A stretch of DNA of 32,000 nt from Kineococcus radiotolerans SRS30216 = ATCC BAA-149 (lineage in GTDB: Bacteria > Actinomycetota > Actinomycetes > Actinomycetales > Kineococcaceae), in the NCBI RefSeq assembly GCF_000017305.1, contig NC_009664.2, positions 2,730,001 to 2,762,000 on the forward strand, written 5' to 3'. A program made the position numbers and the translations under genes. How positions within the stretch are numbered: the stretch's first letter is position 1; every line of letters starts with the position of its first letter. Positions 23,674-31,231 of the stretch are shown here, piece by piece. The notes under the pieces were generated by a model. It did not search any database. It had not been told where the DNA came from and was given only the letters and a program-made list of their open reading frames with translations.

Positions 23674-24889
23674 GCCCACCACCGCGACCGGCGGGCTGCT
23701 CGCCGCGATCGCCGGCACCGGGCGCGACGCCGTCCGCGGGGGCTACTCCCGGCCGGTGTTCTCCACCGCCGAGCGCGACCTCGTCTCCTGGTACGAGGCG
23801 GAACTCACCGCTCGCGGCCTGGAACCGGAGACCGACCGCAACGGGATCGTCTGGGCCTGGTGGAACCCCGCCGGTCTCCCGCTGGAGGGGGCCGTCGTCA
23901 CCGGCAGCCACCTCGACTCCGTCCCCGGCGGAGGCGCGTTCGACGGGCCCCTGGGGGTCGCCTCGGCGTTGCGGGCGCTGGACCTGCTGCGCGGACGCGG
24001 CGTCGAACCCGCCCGGCCGCTGGGCCTGGCGGTGTTCCCGGAGGAGGAGGGTTCCCGCTTCGGCGTCGCCTGCCTCGGCTCGCGCCTGCTCACCGGCGCC
24101 GTCACCGCCGAACGGGCGCTGAACCTCACCGACCCCGACGGGAACACGTTCGCCGACGTGGCCCGCCGCGCCGGTCTCGACCCCGCCGGGTTCGGCCGCG
24201 ACGAGGAGGCGCTGGCCCGGATCGGCGTCTTCGTCGAGCTGCACGTCGAGCAGGGCCGCGGGCTGGTCGACCTCGACGCTCCTGTGGCTGTCGCGTCCTC
24301 GATCCTCGGCCACGGCCGCTGGCGGTTCAGCGTCCACGGCCAGGGCAACCACGCCGGGACGACCCTGCTGGACGACCGCCGCGACCCGCTGCTGGCCGCC
24401 TCCCGGGTGGTCGTCGCCGTCCGCGAGGTCGCCGCCGCGAACCCCGGCACCCGCGCGACGGTGGGGCGGTTGCAGCCGGTCCCGGGCGGGACCAACGTCA
24501 TCGCCTCCCGCGTCGACCTGTGGCTGGACGTCCGCCACCCCGACGACGCGGTGACGGCCGCGGTCGTCGCGGAGATCTCCCGGTGGGCCGTGGAGCTGGC
24601 CGCGGGGGAGGGGTGCACCGTGGACGTGCGCGAGGAGTCCCTCAGCCCCACCGTCGACTTCGACCCCGCGCTGGCGCGGCGGTTGGGCGCGACGCTGGGC
24701 GGAGTGCCGGCGCTGGCGACGGGGGCGGGTCACGACGCGGGGGTGCTGGCCGCGCACGTGCCCACGGCGATGCTCTTCACCCGCAACCCCACCGGGGTGT
24801 CGCACTCCCCGGAGGAGTTCTGCACCGACGACGACGCCGAGGCCGGGTCGGTGGCCCTCGCCGACGTCCTGGCCGACCTCCTGCGCTGA
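23666..24889 (+). CDS. M20-family Zn amidohydrolase (allantoate amidohydrolase / N-carbamoyl-L-amino-acid hydrolase type)
   Basis: The GTG at 23666 overlaps the upstream gene by 8 nt. It contains GSHLDSVPGGGAFDGPLGV, FPEEEGSRFG, ELHVEQG, GQGNHAGTT and FTRNPTGVSHSPEE. Confidence 0.85.
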   Translation: MAEPTTATGGLLAAIAGTGRDAVRGGYSRPVFSTAERDLVSWYEAELTARGLEPETDRNGIVWAWWNPAGLPLEGAVVTGSHLDSVPGGGAFDGPLGVASALRALDLLRGRGVEPARPLGLAVFPEEEGSRFGVACLGSRLLTGAVTAERALNLTDPDGNTFADVARRAGLDPAGFGRDEEALARIGVFVELHVEQGRGLVDLDAPVAVASSILGHGRWRFSVHGQGNHAGTTLLDDRRDPLLAASRVVVAVREVAAANPGTRATVGRLQPVPGGTNVIASRVDLWLDVRHPDDAVTAAVVAEISRWAVELAAGEGCTVDVREESLSPTVDFDPALARRLGATLGGVPALATGAGHDAGVLAAHVPTAMLFTRNPTGVSHSPEEFCTDDDAEAGSVALADVLADLLR

Positions 24890-24899
24890 CCCGCTGCGT

Positions 24900-24933
24900 C
24901 CCGGGCCGGGGCCCCCCAGGGGCCCAGCCCGGG
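24900..24933. terminator. Imperfect GC hairpin between convergent genes
   Basis: CCCGGGC...GCCCGGG forms the outer 7-bp stem, with further inner G/C pairs. It lies in the 51-nt gap between the stop codons at 24889 (+) and 24941 (-). Confidence 0.35.
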
Positions 24934-24940
24934 AACGGGG

Positions 24941-25945
24941 TCAGCTGGGGGAGGGGTCGTCGCTGCCGGCGGCCTCGCGCAGCGCCGGGATGATCTCGCT
25001 CTGCGCGACGCGGAGGAACTCCGACTGGTGCTCGCCCCCGATCTGCACCAGGGCGAGGTCGGTGAACCCGGCCTCGAAGTACGCCGACGCGGCCTCGACG
25101 ATCGCGTCCACGTCGTTGCCGCACGGGATCTTCCCCGCGACGTCCTCGGGGCGGACGAACTGCGTCGCCCCCGCGAAACCCGCGGTGGTCGGCAGGTCGG
25201 CGTTCACCTTCCAGCCGCCGGCGAACCAGCGGAACTGTTCGTGGGCGCGAGCGATGGCGGTGTCGCGGTCGGCGTCCCAGCTCACCGGCATCTGGCCGAT
25301 CTTGCGGCTCGGGGTCTGCCCGGGTTCGCGGGCGGCGTCCCACGCCCCCAGCGCGGCCTCCGGCTCCACCGCGATCGCGTGCTCGGCCAGCGGGGAGAAC
25401 CGCGTCGCGGACTTCTCGCCGCTGATGGCGACCGCGATCGGGACCCGGTGCTCGGGCACGTCCCACAGCCGGTGGGAGTCCACCCGGAAGTAGTCCCCGG
25501 CGTAGGTGAGCAGCTCCCCGTCGAAGAGGTTGGAGATGATCTCGCACGCCTCGACGAGCATGTCCTGGCGCTCCTCGACCGCCGGCCACCCCTGGCCCAC
25601 GACGTGCTCGTTGAGGTTCTCCCCCGAACCCAGGCCCAGGACGAAGCGCCCCTCGGAGAGGATCTGCACCGTCGCGGCCTTCTGCGCGACGATCGCCGGG
25701 TGGTACCGGACCGTCGGGCAGGTCACGTACGTCATGAGCTCCACCCGCGACGTCGTCGCGGCCACCGCCCCCAGCACCGACCACGCGTAGGGGGCGTGGC
25801 CCTGGGTCGTCAGCCACGGCGAGGCGTGGTCGGAGAAGACGATCGTGTCGAAGCCGGCCTCCTCGGCGGCCAGCGCGTCGCGCACCAGCCAGCGCGGGTC
25901 GGACTGCTCGCTCATGCAGGTGTAGCCGATGCCGACGGCGCTCAC
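24941..25945 (-). CDS. Luciferase-like (LLM class) oxidoreductase, F420-dependent G6PDH-family type
   Basis: The GTG at 25945 overlaps the upstream stop (GTGA). The N-terminus IGYTCMSEQSDPRWLVRDALAAEEAGFDTIVFSDH resembles that of the F420-dependent glucose-6-phosphate dehydrogenase family. GLGSGENLNEH follows. Confidence 0.8.
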   Translation of the reverse strand: MSAVGIGYTCMSEQSDPRWLVRDALAAEEAGFDTIVFSDHASPWLTTQGHAPYAWSVLGAVAATTSRVELMTYVTCPTVRYHPAIVAQKAATVQILSEGRFVLGLGSGENLNEHVVGQGWPAVEERQDMLVEACEIISNLFDGELLTYAGDYFRVDSHRLWDVPEHRVPIAVAISGEKSATRFSPLAEHAIAVEPEAALGAWDAAREPGQTPSRKIGQMPVSWDADRDTAIARAHEQFRWFAGGWKVNADLPTTAGFAGATQFVRPEDVAGKIPCGNDVDAIVEAASAYFEAGFTDLALVQIGGEHQSEFLRVAQSEIIPALREAAGSDDPSPS

Positions 25946-26508
25946 GCGGTCACCTCCGCGAGGGTCTCGACGAGGACCCGGTTGAACGCGGGCAGGTCGT
26001 CGGGGTTGCGGCTGGTGATGAGCGGGCCGGGACCGTTGCGGTCCACGACGACCTCCTCGTCGACCCACTCCGCCCCGGCGTTGCGCAGGTCCGTCCTCAG
26101 CGAGGGCCACGACGTCAGGCGCCGCCCCTTCACCACGTCCGCCTCGACCAGGGTCCACGGGGCGTGGCAGATGGCCGCGATCGGGCGGACCGAGGCCGCG
26201 AACTGGCCCACGAACTTCACCGCCGACAGGCTGGTGCGCAGCGCGTCGGGGTTGGCGACCCCGCCGGGCAGCACCAGCGCGGCGTACTCGCTGGGGCTGG
26301 CGTGGTCGACGACCACGTCGACCGGGAAGGTGTCGGCGGCGTCCAGGTGGTCGAAGGCCTGCACGGTGCCCTCCTTCGTGGAGAGGAGCACGGGCTCGCC
26401 GCCCGCCTCCTGCACCGCCTTCCACGGCTCGGTCAGCTCGACCTGCTCGATGCCCTCGGTGGCGACGAGGAACGCGACCTTCTTGCCCTTCAACGCACTG
26501 TCCGTCAT
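25942..26508 (-). CDS. DJ-1/PfpI family protein (class I glutamine amidotransferase-like)
   Basis: 188 aa with an ATG start. It contains KKVAFLVATEGIEQVEL, LVLPGG and the nucleophile elbow AAICHAPW. Confidence 0.9.
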   Translation of the reverse strand: MTDSALKGKKVAFLVATEGIEQVELTEPWKAVQEAGGEPVLLSTKEGTVQAFDHLDAADTFPVDVVVDHASPSEYAALVLPGGVANPDALRTSLSAVKFVGQFAASVRPIAAICHAPWTLVEADVVKGRRLTSWPSLRTDLRNAGAEWVDEEVVVDRNGPGPLITSRNPDDLPAFNRVLVETLAEVTA

Positions 26509-26621
26509 GCCCCCACGCTGGCACCGCGAGCGCCGGTCGGCATCCGGGAAGGGGCCGCCGAGCGCGCGGCGGGGGGCGTGGAAGGATCACCCTGCCAGCG
26601 ACGCCAGACGGAGGAGACCCC

Positions 26622-27644
26622 ATGCCCATCGCCACCCCGGACGTCTACGCCGAGATGCTCGACCGCGCGAAGGCCGGGTCCTTCGCCTACCCCGCGATCA
26701 ACATCTCCTCGAGCATCACCCTCAACGCCGCCATCCGCGGCTTCGCCGAGGCCGAGAGCGACGGCATCGTCCAGGTCTCCACCGGCGGGGCGGAGTTCCT
26801 CTCCGGCACCACCGTCAAGGACATGGTCCTGGGTGCGCAGGCCCTGGCCGAGTACGCCCACCACGTCGCCAAGGGCTACGGCGTCAACATCGCCCTGCAC
26901 ACCGACCACTGCCCGAAGGACAAGCTGGACGGCTTCGTCCGCCCCCTCCTCGACATCTCCGCCGAGCGCGTGGCGTCCGGGCGCGACCCGCTGTTCCAGT
27001 CGCACATGTGGGACGGCTCGGCCGTGCCGCTGGAGGAGAACCTCTCCATCGCCCAGGAGCTGCTCGGGCGGGCCGCCGCCGCGAGGATCGTCCTCGAGGT
27101 CGAGATCGGCGTCGTGGGCGGCGAGGAGGACGGCGTCGCGCACGAGATCAACGACAAGCTCTACACGACCGTCGAGGACGCGCTGGCGACGGTGGACGCC
27201 CTCGGGACGGGGGAGAAGGGCCGCTACCTGACCGCCCTGACCTTCGGCAACGTGCACGGCGTCTACAAGCCCGGCGGGGTCAAGCTGCGCCCGGAGATCC
27301 TCAAGGACATCCAGGAGCAGGTCGGGGCGCGGGTCGGCAAGGACAAGCCCTTCGACCTCGTCTTCCACGGCGGCTCCGGCTCCTCGGACCAGGAGATCAG
27401 CGACGCGGTCGACTACGGCGTGATCAAGATGAACGTCGACACCGACACCCAGTACGCCTTCACCCGCCCGATCGTGGACCACGTCTTCCGCAACTACGAC
27501 GGCGTCCTCAAGGTCGACGGCGAGGTCGGCAACAAGAAGACCTACGACCCCCGCGTGTGGGGCAAGGCCGCGGAGACGGGCATGGCCGCCCGCGTCGTCG
27601 AGGCCGCGCAGGCGCTGCGCAGCGCGGGCAAGAGCGTGAAGTGA
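26622..27644 (+). CDS. fba: Class II fructose-1,6-bisphosphate aldolase
   Basis: 340 aa with GGAGGAG upstream. It contains FAYPAINISSS, VQVSTGGAEF, ALHTDHC, SHMWDGS, EIGVVGGEEDGV, TFGNVHGVYKPG, VFHGGSGS and IKMNVDTDTQYA, the canonical class II FBA motifs. Confidence 0.95.
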   Translation: MPIATPDVYAEMLDRAKAGSFAYPAINISSSITLNAAIRGFAEAESDGIVQVSTGGAEFLSGTTVKDMVLGAQALAEYAHHVAKGYGVNIALHTDHCPKDKLDGFVRPLLDISAERVASGRDPLFQSHMWDGSAVPLEENLSIAQELLGRAAAARIVLEVEIGVVGGEEDGVAHEINDKLYTTVEDALATVDALGTGEKGRYLTALTFGNVHGVYKPGGVKLRPEILKDIQEQVGARVGKDKPFDLVFHGGSGSSDQEISDAVDYGVIKMNVDTDTQYAFTRPIVDHVFRNYDGVLKVDGEVGNKKTYDPRVWGKAAETGMAARVVEAAQALRSAGKSVK

Positions 27645-27672
27645 GCCCGGCGTGAGGTGACGCGCCGACGCC

Positions 27673-27706
27673 GGAGGCCCGGTCCCCCTCGGGGGGCCGG
27701 GCCTCC
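27673..27706. terminator. Bidirectional intrinsic-terminator-like hairpin (about 15-bp GC stem) between the convergent fba and STAS genes
   Basis: GGAGGCCCGGTCCCC-CTCG-GGGGGCCGGGCCTCC, with one G-U pair. There is no U-tract on either side. Confidence 0.6.
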
Positions 27707-27723
27707 TCGCTGCGCGGGGCCGC

Positions 27724-28134
27724 TCAGGCCGGCTGCGGCTCGTCGTCGTCGGGCGTGGACAGCCCCGGCTCCTCGTCCACGACGTCGAGCAGCTGGACGA
27801 TGTTCGTCGTCTCGATGAGGAACTTCACCACCGCCGGCGGGCGGATGAGCGTCACCCGGCGGCCCTTGGAGCGCGAGGCGAGCCGGGCGAGGAACGCCAG
27901 GCCCGTCGAGTCCATGAAGGTCACGTGGTGCGCGTCCACCTGCAGCGGCCGGCCCGAGGCGAGCGCGTCCTCCGCGGCCTCGAGCAGGTCCGGGCCGAGC
28001 TCGGCGTCGATCTCGCCCGTGAGGACCACCCGGGTCGCCCGCGGTTCGTACAGGACGTGCACCGATCCAGGGTCCACGGAGCGCACCTGGGGCACCCGGG
28101 GGGCCTCGCCCGGGGGTGTCGCGTCGTTCGTCAT
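27724..28134 (-). CDS. STAS-domain anti-sigma-factor antagonist (RsbV/SpoIIAA-like)
   Basis: 136 aa. It reads VVLTGEIDAELGPDLLEA...LQVDAHHVTFMDSTGLAFL, with the conserved phosphorylatable Ser in DSTGL (codon 27909-27907). The tail is acidic and Pro-rich. Confidence 0.85.
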   Translation of the reverse strand: MTNDATPPGEAPRVPQVRSVDPGSVHVLYEPRATRVVLTGEIDAELGPDLLEAAEDALASGRPLQVDAHHVTFMDSTGLAFLARLASRSKGRRVTLIRPPAVVKFLIETTNIVQLLDVVDEEPGLSTPDDDEPQPA

Positions 28135-28346
28135 GGGTCCTCCGCAGTCCGACCGCTGTGTGCCGTGCCCGGCTTCTACAGGCAGCGGGTGTCCGTCCCC
28201 CGCGACCTCCGGCCGCGCGGGGGGACCGCCCTCGCACCCGCCACCCTCGACGCGCGCTCCGTACGACCCCCCTGCATGCTATCGACCGAGGTCCGCGTCG
28301 ATGTCGCGCACCTGCGACGCCCAGCACCACGAGGAGCCACCCCCCG

Positions 28347-30764
28347 ATGTCCCGCAGCAGCCCGCAGGCCCTGGCGCTGCGCGAGCCCGCTGCGCTGCTC
28401 CTGCTGAGCACGGCCCCGGCCACCGCCGCGGGGGAGCTGCTGGCCCTCGACGGGACGGCCCGGGCCGCGGCCGGCCTGGCCGGCGGCGAGGCGCCCCCGC
28501 GGGACCTGACCGCCTTCCGCCGGTGCGCCGGCCTGCCCGACCACCCCGTCTGGGACCGGCTGGAGGGCGGGGAGGCCCCCGCCGGGGAGCGGCTGCCCGG
28601 GGACCTGTGGGTCAGCGCCGGCCGGGTTCCCGGCCGCGACCAGCTGCTCGTCACCGTGGTGCACACCCAGGCCACCGAGCCGGGCGCGCCCCCGGGCGAC
28701 GTCGTCGCCGCCGGCCCCGGCACGGCCCTGTCGGCGCTGCACCGCGACGACCTCGTCGTGGAGTGGGTCGACGGCGGCTTCACCCGCACCACCGGCACCC
28801 CGGCCGGGGAGGTGCTGGGCCGCTCCCCGCACCACCTCGTGCGGACCCGCGACGAGGCGGCGCTGGCCGAGCTGGACCGCTCCGCGCGCCGGGACGGGCC
28901 CGCCACGCTCACCCTGCTCGACCACCGCGCCGACGGGACCGCCTTCCTGCACCAGGTGCGCACCTTCCCCCTCGCCGACCGCACCGGCGCGCCCACCCAC
29001 GTCGTCTCCTGGCACTCCGACGTCACCCGCCGCACCGCGGAGGAGCACACCGACGCCCGCGCCGCCGAGCGCCGCGCCACCGCCCGGCTGGAGGTCCTGC
29101 GCCGCCTCGACGGCGTCGTCGCCGAGGACGACCCCACCCACGGCGTGCAGGCCATCGTGCGGGTGCTGGGGGACCACGTCGTCGCCGCCGCCATGGTCCT
29201 GCTGCTGCGCGACCGCCCCAGCGGCCCGGGCGCCGAGGTCGAGGTCGCCGTCGCCCACGGGCCGCACCTGCACGGGCTCCTCGGCCGCAGCCTGCCCCGG
29301 ACCCGCCAGGACGGCCCCGACCCGCTGCTGGACCCCGCCGGACCCGACGCCCCCGACGTCCTCGACGTCGCCTCCCTCGCCGCCGGCCGGCCCGCCGGGT
29401 CCCCCAGCGCCTGGCTGGCCGGGCTCACCGCGGGAACCGGAGCGCTCGCCCTGCCGTTGCGCGGACGGGAGGACGTCGTCGGCGTCCTCGTCGTCGTCCC
29501 GCACCCCGCCGGGATCGGCCCGGAGGACCGCACCGTCCTCACCAGCGCCGCCCGCCGAGCCGGGCTGCTGGTGGAGAACGCGCGGCTGCACGCACGGGAG
29601 CACGCCCTGGCCGAGACGCTGCAGCGCAGCATGCTGCCCGACCCCACGGGCGCCGACGGGATCGACGGCCTGGACGTCTGGACGTTCTACTCCTCCAACG
29701 TCGAGCACGCCCAGGTCGGCGGGGACTGGTACGACGTGCTGCCCGGCAGCACCGGCGCCGGCGGGCAGCACGTCGCGGGGATCGTCGTCGGCGACGTCGT
29801 CGGCCACGACGTCGAGGCCGCCGCCGCCATGGGGCAGATCCGCTCCGTCGTCCGCTCCGCCGCCCACGAGTTCGACGACCCCGCCAGCGTCCTGATGCGC
29901 GTGGACCAGCTCACCGGGGGGATGCGGATCGCGCGGATGGCCAGCCTCGTCTACGCCACCCTGCAGCGCCTCGACGACGGCGGCTGGGAGATGGCCTGGT
30001 CCAGCGCCGGGCACCTGCCGCCGCTGCTGCGCCGCGGCGGCGCGGCCGACGGGGAGCCCCGGCGCGTGGAGGTCCTCAGCGAGGCCACCGGCACCCTCGT
30101 CGGGCTGGGCGAGCGCCCCCGCCCCACCCGCGAACGGGCCCTGGCCCCCGGCGACGTCCTGGTCTTCTACACCGACGGGCTCATCGAGACCCGGGCCCGG
30201 CCCATGCACGACGGCCTCGAGGTCCTCGTCGACGTCCTCGGCCGCTCCCGGGCCCGCGACGCGGCCGGCATCGGCGAGGAGCTGCTCGCCGGGCTCGGCG
30301 ACACCCCCGAGGACGACACCGCCATCGTCGTCGTCCGGGTCCCCGAGGAGTCCGAGCGCGACGGCGAGCCGCTGCCCACCGCCGACACCCCCCGCCGCCG
30401 CCGCTGGCAGCTGCCCTCGGAGCCCTCCTCCATCGGCAAGGCCCGCCACGCGACCCTGCGCGCCTGCGCGGTCTGGGGCCTGGAGGTCGGCCCCCAGGCC
30501 GAGATCGTCGTGTCCGAGCTCGTCGCCAACGCCGTCCTGCACGGCTGGGGGACCGTCGGGCTGCGGCTGTTCGACCTGCCCGGCGCGCTGCGCCTGGAGG
30601 TCGAGGACGACAGCCCCGAGGAGCCGCAGGTCGTCGAGGCCCGCCCCGACGGCGGCGGCGGGCACGGCATGCGCCTGGTCGCCTCGCTGGGGCGGTGGGG
30701 GACCACCCGCACCCGCCGGGGGAAGATCGTGTGGGTCGAGATCCCCACCGCCCCCGAGGACTGA
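28347..30764 (+). CDS. Multidomain partner-switching regulator: PAS - GAF - PP2C (SpoIIE/RsbU-type) phosphatase - RsbW-like HATPase serine kinase
   Basis: The ATG at 28347 has GAGGAG 10 nt upstream and gives 805 aa. The PAS region reads GFTRTTGTPAGEVLGRSPHHL...DGTAFLHQVRTFPL. The GAF-like region ends ...VGVLVVVPH...LVENARLHAREHALAETLQRSMLP. The PP2C motifs are VGGDWYDV, GDVVGHDVEAAAAMG, SAGHLPPLL and FYTDGLIE. The kinase motifs are the N-box ELVANAVLHG and the G-box DGGGGHGMRLV. Confidence 0.85.
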   Translation: MSRSSPQALALREPAALLLLSTAPATAAGELLALDGTARAAAGLAGGEAPPRDLTAFRRCAGLPDHPVWDRLEGGEAPAGERLPGDLWVSAGRVPGRDQLLVTVVHTQATEPGAPPGDVVAAGPGTALSALHRDDLVVEWVDGGFTRTTGTPAGEVLGRSPHHLVRTRDEAALAELDRSARRDGPATLTLLDHRADGTAFLHQVRTFPLADRTGAPTHVVSWHSDVTRRTAEEHTDARAAERRATARLEVLRRLDGVVAEDDPTHGVQAIVRVLGDHVVAAAMVLLLRDRPSGPGAEVEVAVAHGPHLHGLLGRSLPRTRQDGPDPLLDPAGPDAPDVLDVASLAAGRPAGSPSAWLAGLTAGTGALALPLRGREDVVGVLVVVPHPAGIGPEDRTVLTSAARRAGLLVENARLHAREHALAETLQRSMLPDPTGADGIDGLDVWTFYSSNVEHAQVGGDWYDVLPGSTGAGGQHVAGIVVGDVVGHDVEAAAAMGQIRSVVRSAAHEFDDPASVLMRVDQLTGGMRIARMASLVYATLQRLDDGGWEMAWSSAGHLPPLLRRGGAADGEPRRVEVLSEATGTLVGLGERPRPTRERALAPGDVLVFYTDGLIETRARPMHDGLEVLVDVLGRSRARDAAGIGEELLAGLGDTPEDDTAIVVVRVPEESERDGEPLPTADTPRRRRWQLPSEPSSIGKARHATLRACAVWGLEVGPQAEIVVSELVANAVLHGWGTVGLRLFDLPGALRLEVEDDSPEEPQVVEARPDGGGGHGMRLVASLGRWGTTRTRRGKIVWVEIPTAPED

Positions 30765-30793
30765 CCGCCGAAGAACGAGGAGAGGAGGCCCCC

Positions 30794-31231
30794 GTGGCCA
30801 CCGGGACGAACCTGCTGGGCGGACCCCCGCCCACCCACCTGCCCGCGATCCCCGCCGTCGACGCGGCGCTGGCCGCCGGGACCGACCCCGCCGAGGTCGC
30901 CGCCGCGCACCCGGCGGCGTCGCTGCCGTGGGCGCTGCTGGGCGAGCGCGCGCTGGCCGCGGGCGGGGCGGTCACGACGACCGACGCCGTGACCGCCTAC
31001 GCCTTCGCCCGCACCGGGTACCACCGCGGGCTGGACGCGCTGCGGCGCGCGGGCTGGCGCGGCCACGGCCCGGTGCCGTGGGCCCACGAGCCCAACCGGG
31101 GCTTCCTGCGCGCCCTCGCCGTCCTGCAGCGGGCCGCGGAGCGCATCGGGGAGACCGAGGAGGCCGTGCGCTGCACCACGTTCCTCCACGACTGCGACCC
31201 CGTCGCGGCGCGGGAGCTGCTGCCCTCGTGA
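30794..31231 (+). CDS. DUF3151 domain protein
   Basis: The GTG at 30794 has GAGGAGAGGAGG upstream and gives 145 aa. It contains YAFARTGYHRGLDALRRAGWRGHGPVPWAHEPNRGFLRAL, the DUF3151 signature as I recall it. Confidence 0.8.
   Translation: MATGTNLLGGPPPTHLPAIPAVDAALAAGTDPAEVAAAHPAASLPWALLGERALAAGGAVTTTDAVTAYAFARTGYHRGLDALRRAGWRGHGPVPWAHEPNRGFLRALAVLQRAAERIGETEEAVRCTTFLHDCDPVAARELLPS

Noticed and set aside
28135-28346. Search for a SigB/SigF-type promoter (GTTT-N15-17-GGGTA) in the STAS / PP2C-kinase divergent region
   Set aside because: I found no GTTT...GGGTA pair with suitable spacing. GCTT...GGGTGT around 28170-28195 has a spacer of only ~11 nt. The small ATCGAC/GTCGAT inverted repeat there is too short to interpret.
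27755-30793. First ~1010 codons of the 1158-aa track ORF 27755..31231
   Set aside because: This is an Arg/Pro/Gly-rich shadow across the STAS gene (opposite strand) and the PP2C-kinase gene. Only the last 145 codons, from the GTG at 30794 (DUF3151), are real.
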